Origin: a virus
Lineage: Duplodnaviria; Caudoviricetes
Direction: 5' to 3' (one strand)
Virus record (IMG/VR): IMGVR_UViG_3300020195_000031
Coordinates: 1 to 54,902 of that record
DNA: 54,902 nt
The position numbers and the translations under genes are program-made. The notes below the pieces were generated by a model that ran no database searches, was not told the DNA's origin, and worked only from the letters and a program-made list of their open reading frames with translations. Positions 9,335 to 16,680 of the stretch are shown here, in pieces (positions within the stretch are counted from its first letter, which is position 1; every line of letters starts with the position of its first letter).

Positions 9335-9790
9335 TTACCCGCCCCGGTCGGAGGCGGCAGTCTGTTGGCGAAGGAGCTTTTTGATTTTTGGATCAGACGA
9401 CGATACGTTACTACACATCAGTCTTGCTGTCTCGACAGCATCAGTAGTGAAGTAGTCTGCATCAGGATTCCTTTTGGGATTCCAAACTCTGATGACATAT
9501 TCGCCAAACTCATTTTTCCGAGATATAGTCACTTTTGAAATGTTTGATTGTAAATACCGGTCAACAGCACGTAGGATGTGTTTGCGTGGAATCTTGCCTT
9601 CAAGAAATAATTGCCAACCATAATTGTCCACGATTCCCGGTTTCAAATCTGCTACTGTGAGAGGACGTTTGATTTTAGCTTCAAAACAATCCCAACACGG
9701 CTGACCAGTCGTATAGTGACGACGCCAAAGATCATTGTTGACCATATACACTTCACTATATTCAAGACCGCATTTTTCGCATTCGTACAT
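9335..9790 (-). CDS. zinc-finger protein, apparent fusion of two small phage domains
   Basis: CEKC..YMVNNDLW..CWDC N-terminal half; NEFGEYVIR...ADYFT C-terminal half. Confidence 0.55.
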   Translation of the reverse strand: MYECEKCGLEYSEVYMVNNDLWRRHYTTGQPCWDCFEAKIKRPLTVADLKPGIVDNYGWQLFLEGKIPRKHILRAVDRYLQSNISKVTISRKNEFGEYVIRVWNPKRNPDADYFTTDAVETARLMCSNVSSSDPKIKKLLRQQTAASDRGG

Positions 9791-10272
9791 GATTTGCTCC
9801 AGATAGGTAAAACAGTATGCGTTAGACTGTTTTCGATTCTTGAGTCACCGACAGCACCTCCTTTTTAAGTAGTCGACGAACCTTTCGTCGTAGTTTTCTT
9901 TTAACGAATGCTCTCGCGGAACGAGCGTTCTGCGATTCGAAACTCGGTATCGACTCGTCCCGTTAAGCGTCTTGTGCTTCTCATGCGATCGCTCTCACTT
10001 CACGAGAATCAAACAAAGGTAGGTCACTTCGTTCCATCCAACATCCATTTGATTTTGGATGCAAAGCGACGACGACGATGAATGACGGATCGGCACATAC
10101 TCGATCTGCATCCAATTCTTCGTCGCTAAAATCTTTGCACGTACTCTGCCGTCTTGTCCTCAGTAGAAAGAGGCACAAATAACCTTTGACCGATTGCTAA
10201 TCCGTCTACTAACTGTTGTAGCATAATAGAGGAAACTGGATTGCATTTTCATTTTTGATGCTCCGGTGTAAA

Positions 10273-10458
10273 TTAGCTAACGTACCCGCACAGCAAAATC
10301 TCGTCCACACCAAACACCTGATTTTCGTCGCATTCGTTGCACTTGTAATTCTGAGCGTCTGGTTCACAACCAGCTTGCTCATGGCCGCAAGCAAGACAAA
10401 AGCCGATGCCTTCGTCCGCTTGTACTGCTCGTAGAACCTGTTCTAGTTTCAATTTCAT
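10273..10458 (-). CDS. zinc-ribbon protein
   Basis: GFCLACG..EPDAQNYKCNEC...VFG motif. Confidence 0.7.
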   Translation of the reverse strand: MKLKLEQVLRAVQADEGIGFCLACGHEQAGCEPDAQNYKCNECDENQVFGVDEILLCGYVS

Positions 10459-10670
10459 GAATAGTACTCGATAAGGAATTCAAGAACGTCTAAATGCTTC
10501 TCTTCCAATTCGTTGTACCGCGGCAGACCAGAATGAGCATCGCATTTGGTTATCAAATCTTTTTCCCAGTCTTCCATTTTGCGATACATTGAAATTTCCG
10601 GAGGCGGAAAATTGGCCAACGATTCTCGAACCAATGATGCCAATATTCCAATTTGATTAGGTTCTAACAT
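10455..10670 (-). CDS. hypothetical protein
   Basis: start trimmed to MLEPNQ (GGAG RBS); the longer ORF runs through RNA hairpins. Confidence 0.55.
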   Translation of the reverse strand: MLEPNQIGILASLVRESLANFPPPEISMYRKMEDWEKDLITKCDAHSGLPRYNELEEKHLDVLEFLIEYYS

Positions 10671-10695
10671 TTCGTTGCTCCAAAGGGTGTAGATT

Positions 10696-10734
10696 AAAAA
10701 GGTAGGGCCGGTGCAGCACGTACTGCACCGACCC
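10696..10734 (-). terminator. intrinsic terminator closing the candidate ncRNA
   Basis: ~13-bp stem GGGTCGGTGCAGT/GCTGCACCGGCCC with G-U pairs valid only on the minus strand, then TACCTTTTT. Confidence 0.75.
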
Positions 10735-11135
10735 GCCCCTTCACAAGAATAGACAGTAGTACCTGACGGTACTACTGCCTGAGTTTTTAAAATCCTTACG
10801 TCCAATCAGACCGGACTCAGGGAGGATTTGGCCGGGACATTCAATTCAAAACGATGCTGTCGGTCACGGTCGCCAACTCACTGTCGTCTTGAGTTTGGAA
10901 CCAACGGCGTCTCCATAGACATGAATCAATTGCTGCTTCGAGAGGTGTCAATTCACCTTATCCGACTTTTGGTCGGCACGCAAACTGCAACCCATTCGCA
11001 TTCGTTGATTGAAGAACCAATCGCCTATAGTCCATCAGAAGATTCCATAATCTTCCTTCGCTACTGCTTCGTGCGGTTACAGGAAAATTGATTCTGCCAT
11101 CAATTCCTGAATATCCTATTAACTTGCCAAGGAAC

Positions 11136-11158
11136 ATTTCTCAGAATCAAATCAATTT
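11136..11158. repeat. dispersed repeat ATTTCTCAGAATCAAATCAATTT
   Basis: identical 23-mer at 24653-24675; inverted partial copy at 11242-11260; tandem partial copy at 24638-24650. Confidence 0.85.
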
Positions 11159-11183
11159 TGATTCCGGCATCAGCCGTAACCTG

Positions 11184-11212
11184 ATGATAGGGCATTTGCT
11201 TAGCGTTGTCAA
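11184..11212 (-). promoter_or_regulatory. sigma70-type promoter
   Basis: TTGACA (11212-11207), 17-bp spacer, TATCAT (11189-11184). Confidence 0.8.
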
Positions 11213-11225
11213 GTGAGCAAAAAAG

Positions 11226-11234
11226 TTATCCACA
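11226..11234 (+). promoter_or_regulatory. perfect DnaA-box consensus
   Basis: TTATCCACA, intergenic, 13 bp upstream of the -35 element; single copy, could be chance. Confidence 0.35.
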
Positions 11235-11239
11235 TTTTA

Positions 11240-11704
11240 TCAATTGATTTGATTCTGGAAAAAACGATAGAACGTCCCGATATTGAGTTTGAAATCAGAA
11301 ACTTTGATGAGTGTCGGGCCAGTCGGATCGTAGATTCTAGAACCATCCCATGCAACTAAATGCCCCTTACCGCTTTCAGAATATGCTGTTATCAGTCCTT
11401 TAGATTGGAGTGTAATTTTCCAAAAATCAGGATGCTCGAATGTTCGACGCTCGGCCGTAAGTGGGTTGCAGACAGTGATGATTCGGTTATATGGTGACAG
11501 TGTTGCTTTTCGCTTCCAGCAACAAACCATCAACTCGTCTAAAAGAAAGCCGCGACGATTCGTCGGTTCGGGTGCATCCGGGAAAATAATCTCCGATCCG
11601 TCGTGGCCGATTTCCTGAACGAGAGCAAAAACGCTCTCGTTCAGGATCATCGCCAACGCTGTTATCGAACACGACCACCGATTAGGTTGTTTCAGTAGTA
11701 GCAT
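11240..11704 (-). CDS. papain-fold C39-like cysteine peptidase
   Basis: KQPNRWSC..TALAM (Q...C) and GHLVAWDG..IYDP (H...D). Confidence 0.7.
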   Translation of the reverse strand: MLLLKQPNRWSCSITALAMILNESVFALVQEIGHDGSEIIFPDAPEPTNRRGFLLDELMVCCWKRKATLSPYNRIITVCNPLTAERRTFEHPDFWKITLQSKGLITAYSESGKGHLVAWDGSRIYDPTGPTLIKVSDFKLNIGTFYRFFQNQIN

Positions 11705-11874
11705 TATCGCCTCTTGCAAGAGTGGTCTTTGCAGTAACAATCATCGCCGCACGGACAAGGAGAAGGCATTTCGTTAGCATGGTTGCAAAGGATTGGAGAA
11801 CGTCGATAGTTGCATGTTGGATTAGCGCAACCATTATCATTCCGTGCAGCACCGCACTCCTCGAACACTACCAT
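11704..11874 (-). CDS. Cys-rich small protein
   Basis: 9 Cys in 56 aa, ending CPCGDDCYCKDHSC. Confidence 0.5.
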   Translation of the reverse strand: MVVFEECGAARNDNGCANPTCNYRRSPILCNHANEMPSPCPCGDDCYCKDHSCKRR

Positions 11875-12046
11875 ATTTTGCTTTGTCGGTAGCCACCTCT
11901 TTTCGATTGATTTGAACATCACGGAGAAAATCGAAACTCAATCGAACCTTGTCTCCGTGGACAGCAACAACCTTAATAATTCCTAGAGGATTGGCTGGAT
12001 CGCCAATGACAATCTCTTCACCAATTCGGCGAGTCAGAGCGAGCAT
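11837..12046 (-). CDS. csrA: carbon storage regulator CsrA
   Basis: MLALTRRIGEEIVIG...VRLSF...VQINRKEV matches the CsrA/RsmA pattern. Confidence 0.9.
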   Translation of the reverse strand: MLALTRRIGEEIVIGDPANPLGIIKVVAVHGDKVRLSFDFLRDVQINRKEVATDKAKYGSVRGVRCCTE

Positions 12047-12272
12047 CTGGGATCCTTTCGATGTTCAAATCAATGCGAGTAAGTCCCTTCACCCGTACCA
12101 GATCACGATACGAAGGATTTGGGGCATAGGCTAATTTTTCAATAGTGTCTACTCTGTTTTGTTCATCTGCTTCATTCATTGCGTTGCAATATTCTTCGAG
12201 ACGCCGCACCATATCGCCTTCGATATCATGATCCGTGTGCGTCGCTATCCCGTTGATGATTTCGATTTTCAT
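12018..12272 (-). CDS. hypothetical protein
   Basis: 84-aa ORF overlapping the csrA start. Confidence 0.5.
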   Translation of the reverse strand: MKIEIINGIATHTDHDIEGDMVRRLEEYCNAMNEADEQNRVDTIEKLAYAPNPSYRDLVRVKGLTRIDLNIERIPDARSDSPNW

Positions 12273-12355
12273 CTTCTTGCAGCCTTTGTATGAATGCCCA
12301 GTCGATACTGGCTTTGAGTTGTTTCAATTTTGTTAGCATCTTTTGACGTTGATCC

Positions 12356-12862
12356 TCAGTCAGCGATTGCAGAAATTTCTTCATGCTGATTCTCCGCTAG
12401 GATAGATTCATCGAGTTCGACGACGCGACTAGCCACGCTACGAAGCTCTCTCGGAATACCAACACCGATGACGACACATTGCATTCCGCTACCCCGAACA
12501 TACTGCACAAGCTCTGCAAGATTCGGATTCGCTGATGCTAGAATCACTACGTCGACTCGACCCATTGTCCGAACAACATCACAGCAAAATCCAACCTCCC
12601 ACTGAACAAACGACACGATCTTATCGGCGATTTTAATTTCTTTTGGTTCCTTGAAGCGTGTCTCGAAGCCAAGATGTTTCAACGCTCGAATAAAGGATTC
12701 TGCCTCCGTTGTTCGCTGTCCTCCATACGCTACAGCACGTAACACTTCACCGTACTCGGTCATAAGATTCATCAGTTTTTGGTAGTCGATTCGTCGACCT
12801 TCAAACTTTTTACCGGCACAGTAGAACAGATTCGGAATATCTACAAACAGTCCGATTTTCAT
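12356..12862 (-). CDS. NYN (LabA/DUF88) PIN-fold protein
   Basis: GLFVDIPNL...IDYQKL...RAVAY...VILAS...ELRSVA; the usual SGDxD motif reads SANPN. Confidence 0.8.
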   Translation of the reverse strand: MKIGLFVDIPNLFYCAGKKFEGRRIDYQKLMNLMTEYGEVLRAVAYGGQRTTEAESFIRALKHLGFETRFKEPKEIKIADKIVSFVQWEVGFCCDVVRTMGRVDVVILASANPNLAELVQYVRGSGMQCVVIGVGIPRELRSVASRVVELDESILAENQHEEISAIAD

Positions 12863-12870
12863 TTTAATCC

Positions 12871-14820
12871 TCACTTGATTGGACAACCACCAGCCGAACA
12901 CTCGACGGAATCTATTTCACGCTCCGTATCATCGTCGATACTCGTTATTGGTTTTGATTTTGAACACAATTCATTATACCTTTCCTGTGTTATCGCCTCG
13001 AATGGAGCCTGCTTGAATCCATGCTTTTTAGCACGAAGAAGCGACGAGGTCTTAACATTATCCGGGTAGTTACGCTCCAACCATGTACGAATACTCGGTA
13101 ACTCATTGTCCGAATAATAGACCGTCGTGCTTACACTGTTGTCAGCCCAATGCGTCTGCAACCACTTTTGGTACTCAAGCTGATTGATTCCAGAAACGTC
13201 ACTCTCGGTCAATGTTCCCTTCGGGGTAGCAATCGGAAAACTCACGACCATCGTATTGTAGTCGTTACTGCCATCCAATTCTAGTTTCGGTTCAACGTGG
13301 AAGCCATTGGCTCGGCAACGATCAACGAGCGGATCGTTGGCTGCAAAACGGATTCTGCGAATCATGTACTTGGAGAATGCAGGATGACCACCCGGTGTCA
13401 CACCAGCCAAAAGACTCAATGTTCCGGATGGCTTGACGGTTGTAAGCTTGATAGAACGATTGATTCCGAGAGCAGCGGAGTAGGAGATATCCTCTTCTTC
13501 GATTGCTCGATAGGCGGCATTGAAGATGGACTCGGACTTGAGGTGTCCAGCTTGCAAAAATCCCGTGACTCCGATACCCAACCGCCGGTTTCGTTCAACG
13601 ACCTCTCTTGTTCGCGGATGGCTGAACCGGTGACGGGAGATGGTTTTAACGACTTTGTAGATGATTCTGGAAACTTCAATGAATTCCTCCTCGTCCTGAA
13701 TATTTGGCAAAAAGATTTCAGCCAAATTGCAGGCTTCGTAAGACTCAAGCGAAATCTCTCCACACGGGTTGGTTCCAACCACCAGAGGGTCAGGTCGATA
13801 ATCTTCCCCATCAGCCAAACGTCCGTAAGTACGACAATTATGCAGATTGATAAGCCCAAAACACTCGCTAACAGCGTCGCCATGACGATCTACCTCCGTG
13901 TAATTGTCCCAAAACAATTGTGGCAATTCTCGTAGATCATTCGTATCTACGGTATTGTTGCTCATTGCCCGCCAGTTGGGGATCGACCCACGACCAAAGG
14001 CTTTCGAGTTCAAAAACAATAGGTCGTCAGCGGAACCAATAGCAATCTCTGCACTACGACGAACATTACCTGCAACAACAATGCTGCCAATAATATTCTG
14101 AATATCAAGACAGTCAACTGGTCGCAGCTTCTTGCCAAAACGAGTACGCAGAACATTCACAATGTTCTGAATACCAATAACTAATTCTTCCGCCCCCGAA
14201 GCGACGCCACCAAATCCATTGATTTTAGACCCGCGTTCACGAATGCAATGCGTCGCATAATGTACTCGGTTGCCAGTGTAGTAGAAAGATTCTAGCACCC
14301 GTTTCAGTAGCTCGACCCATCCTTCGCGGTTATCAGCGACAATTAAGTCAACGTCATTGTCGTCAACACGCTGAACATCGGGATTGTACCTAATCTCCGG
14401 TAATGAATAGACGTACTCGGGCTTGATGTTGAAACCAACGCCACCGCCGAGCATCAATTCGTTGAACGTAAAAAGAAACGGCTCGATTGGATGATCCACG
14501 GCTACATGCCAACAGTTTTGCAAACTATCAGCCCCGACTTTACGGATCGTCGGCGTGCCAAGCGACCACAACGCACGACCAGACAGTGAGCATTTGAGGG
14601 TGAAGCAATAATGATACAAATCTTCAACTTCGGCTTGTGTCATCCACATGTCCAAATCTTCAACCAGACTCTTGATGCAACGATGCAGAGTCTGCCACCA
14701 TTCTTCGGTGCGTCCAGAATCAGTCATGCGTGCATATGTTCGCTTATATGTTACATAGCCGACCGCACCCCAAGGAACGGGCTTATTTTTGTACTTTTCA
14801 ACAAACGTCCAGCTAATCAT
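12871..14820 (-). CDS. nrdJ: class II (B12-dependent) ribonucleoside-triphosphate reductase
   Basis: YKRTYAR, GRALW, NC, VVAGNVRRSAEI, TNPCGEI, CNLAE, TTVKPSGT and C-terminal CSAGGCPIK. Confidence 0.95.
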   Translation of the reverse strand: MISWTFVEKYKNKPVPWGAVGYVTYKRTYARMTDSGRTEEWWQTLHRCIKSLVEDLDMWMTQAEVEDLYHYCFTLKCSLSGRALWSLGTPTIRKVGADSLQNCWHVAVDHPIEPFLFTFNELMLGGGVGFNIKPEYVYSLPEIRYNPDVQRVDDNDVDLIVADNREGWVELLKRVLESFYYTGNRVHYATHCIRERGSKINGFGGVASGAEELVIGIQNIVNVLRTRFGKKLRPVDCLDIQNIIGSIVVAGNVRRSAEIAIGSADDLLFLNSKAFGRGSIPNWRAMSNNTVDTNDLRELPQLFWDNYTEVDRHGDAVSECFGLINLHNCRTYGRLADGEDYRPDPLVVGTNPCGEISLESYEACNLAEIFLPNIQDEEEFIEVSRIIYKVVKTISRHRFSHPRTREVVERNRRLGIGVTGFLQAGHLKSESIFNAAYRAIEEEDISYSAALGINRSIKLTTVKPSGTLSLLAGVTPGGHPAFSKYMIRRIRFAANDPLVDRCRANGFHVEPKLELDGSNDYNTMVVSFPIATPKGTLTESDVSGINQLEYQKWLQTHWADNSVSTTVYYSDNELPSIRTWLERNYPDNVKTSSLLRAKKHGFKQAPFEAITQERYNELCSKSKPITSIDDDTEREIDSVECSAGGCPIK

Positions 14821-14822
14821 TA

Positions 14823-15176
14823 TTACCTCATTACGTGAAGATATTGATACCAGTTCTCCGGGCTAAAGAGTTTCTGGTATTCAGATTCGCAACAGGTGGT
14901 CAAAACATAGACAGGGCTGCCGAATGCCGAGAGCTTAGGAAAGACCTCGTGCTGGCCGGCAGTAAAAACGTCTCCGGATCGTCCCGGAACCTTTAGTTCG
15001 ATCAAACGGACGCGGTATTGCTTATGCGTTGCATACAAGTCCGGGAAGCCAGACTGGTACACACTACCGTGCATCTTCATCACAAACCATTGTCTCAAGG
15101 TCAGAAACTTCATCCACTCTTCCACCAACTGATCCTCTGGTCTCTTCGACGATCTGTTTGTTATCCTTGGCTCCAC
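14823..15176 (-). CDS. VRR-NUC / Holliday-junction-resolvase-like nuclease
   Basis: E...K.HG..YQSGFPDL...IELK...Q. Confidence 0.8.
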   Translation of the reverse strand: MEPRITNRSSKRPEDQLVEEWMKFLTLRQWFVMKMHGSVYQSGFPDLYATHKQYRVRLIELKVPGRSGDVFTAGQHEVFPKLSAFGSPVYVLTTCCESEYQKLFSPENWYQYLHVMR

Positions 15177-15328
15177 CGCAGCACCATATGGCTAGAAGAA
15201 GAAGTCGAACAGCTTGAACGAGCAAACCAATCCGAAGAAGCGGGCCGGGAGTGAGTAATGATTCCCGAATCTTTACAATGGCCGCGTTGCAATAATATCG
15301 AAGATCACCAACCTCACTGATAATTAGA

Positions 15329-15577
15329 TCAGACCCCTGCCTTGGGTTGAACTTGATTCGTTTTACCCACAGGACGTGCAACATCTTTTGCGATAGTGTT
15401 ACATTCTTCATCGGTCAAGATTCCTTTCTCTTTGAGAACGTGCATTAGAGCTAGAGTCGCTCGCAATGCTCCACTCATGGATTCAACGACTTTTGAAAGC
15501 TCACTCACGTGATGTGCTATCGCTTCCAGACCCTGCTGCGTTCCTTTTAGTTCGTTTCCGAATCTTTTGGACATCAC
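15329..15577 (-). CDS. hypothetical coiled-coil protein
   Basis: helical ORF with VLKEKGILTDEE. Confidence 0.5.
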   Translation of the reverse strand: MMSKRFGNELKGTQQGLEAIAHHVSELSKVVESMSGALRATLALMHVLKEKGILTDEECNTIAKDVARPVGKTNQVQPKAGV

Positions 15578-15920
15578 TCTTACCTTTCAAAATTGCCGGA
15601 CGGTTTTTCCATGATTCACGAATCAATTTGGCTTGAGCCTCGATCATTTTCTGCTCACGAAGGCCGACGATGCCTTGAATGTCATACATTGCCCACGCCG
15701 ATTCTGGAACCAATGCCCGAATACGCCGCCATTCTTGTACCTTTTCAGTTAGACTATCGAGATACGCCTCACACCGACCAAGCGTTTCCTCCTCGACATC
15801 ATCAGGATTCTTTAATGGCTTTGTTTTCAAATGGCTTGGTAGGATTGATGCTGAAAGCAAAACATCCATTTGTGCAGCGAGACGTTCTTGAATTTGTGAC
15901 CAACGAGTAAGGGTGTTCAT
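15501..15920 (-). CDS. hypothetical protein
   Basis: 139-aa ORF with GGAG RBS. Confidence 0.55.
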   Translation of the reverse strand: MNTLTRWSQIQERLAAQMDVLLSASILPSHLKTKPLKNPDDVEEETLGRCEAYLDSLTEKVQEWRRIRALVPESAWAMYDIQGIVGLREQKMIEAQAKLIRESWKNRPAILKGKSDVQKIRKRTKRNAAGSGSDSTSRE

Positions 15921-15937
15921 TACAAATCTCCGGGGTG

Positions 15938-15972
15938 AAAGACGACGAATCGGGGACTCCCCGGTTCGTCGT
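15938..15972 (-). terminator. stem-loop, likely terminator or processing site
   Basis: ACGACGAACCGGGG/CCCCGATTCGTCGT 14-bp stem followed by CTTT. Confidence 0.55.
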
Positions 15973-15980
15973 GAATGATT

Positions 15981-16661
15981 TTACCGATCAGCCGAGTCAG
16001 CCGGAAGCTCCGGCGGCGTCGACGGAGAAGGCTCATCGACCTGCACGTTACCGGTGAGAGGCGTCGGGGTGAGCCGACCGAGACGGCCGTAGCTCGGCAT
16101 ACCAGCACCAGTCTTGAACGTACCCTGCTCGCGGTCAGCCACAGCACCGTCACCAAGCTCCGTGTTGATGAATTCAGTCACTTCCTCCATGGCCGAATCA
16201 ATCTGGTCAATGGCTCCAGAATCAATGAACGTCTGGAGGCGAGCACCTTCCTGTCCAAGAATAAGCTGGAAGAAGTGCCAGAGCAGGTAGTTAAGCTGCC
16301 GGAACGGAGTGTTCGGCATATCCTGCAACTGCTGGAGAGTCATGAATCGAACGGGGTGCGAAAACTCCAGATTACCGCTGTTGGAGTTGTTGTACTTCTT
16401 CGCACGAACCCAAGCACGGGTGATCGCCGCAAGGAACGTCTGCGTGTTTTTGGAATCACCCGGCGTTACCGTCGCACCGACGTTTGCCGAATCGCACTCA
16501 AGACCCCAAAGAGCCTGCCGAGAAATCAGGTCAGCCATCGGGAGAAAGCGGCGATTCTGGAGATTCTGAATATGCACAGAAATCTTCTCGCCACCACGAG
16601 GAATCAGCGGAATGTCGGTAAGCTCGGTCGCCTGCGGACTTGCATTTGGAAATTGAGACAT
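15981..16661 (-). CDS. hypothetical protein, probably highly expressed
   Basis: 226 aa, AAAGGA RBS, GC-rich third codon positions like the capsid and SSB genes, followed by a hairpin. Confidence 0.7.
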   Translation of the reverse strand: MSQFPNASPQATELTDIPLIPRGGEKISVHIQNLQNRRFLPMADLISRQALWGLECDSANVGATVTPGDSKNTQTFLAAITRAWVRAKKYNNSNSGNLEFSHPVRFMTLQQLQDMPNTPFRQLNYLLWHFFQLILGQEGARLQTFIDSGAIDQIDSAMEEVTEFINTELGDGAVADREQGTFKTGAGMPSYGRLGRLTPTPLTGNVQVDEPSPSTPPELPADSADR

Positions 16662-16680
16662 TAAGGCATCCTTTCAAAAG

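Larger units (their letters stand above)
10696..11181 (-). ncRNA. candidate ~480-nt structured non-coding RNA
   Basis: bounded by a sigma70 promoter and a terminator; no independent long minus-strand ORF; many hairpins. Confidence 0.5.

Noticed and set aside
10671-10805. N-terminal extension of ORF 10455..10805
   Set aside because: Runs through two RNA hairpins and the terminator; a better ATG with RBS is at 10670.
11075-11181. Hammerhead ribozyme at the 5' end of the candidate ncRNA (CUGAUG...stem...GAAA, UC before stem I)
   Set aside because: A9 is C, an extra A precedes GAAA, and stem III cannot form with the UC that adjoins stem I.
15975-16664. 229-aa plus-strand ORF fully antisense to a gene
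   Set aside because: Arg-rich shadow frame explained by codon bias of the minus-strand gene; no RBS or operon context.
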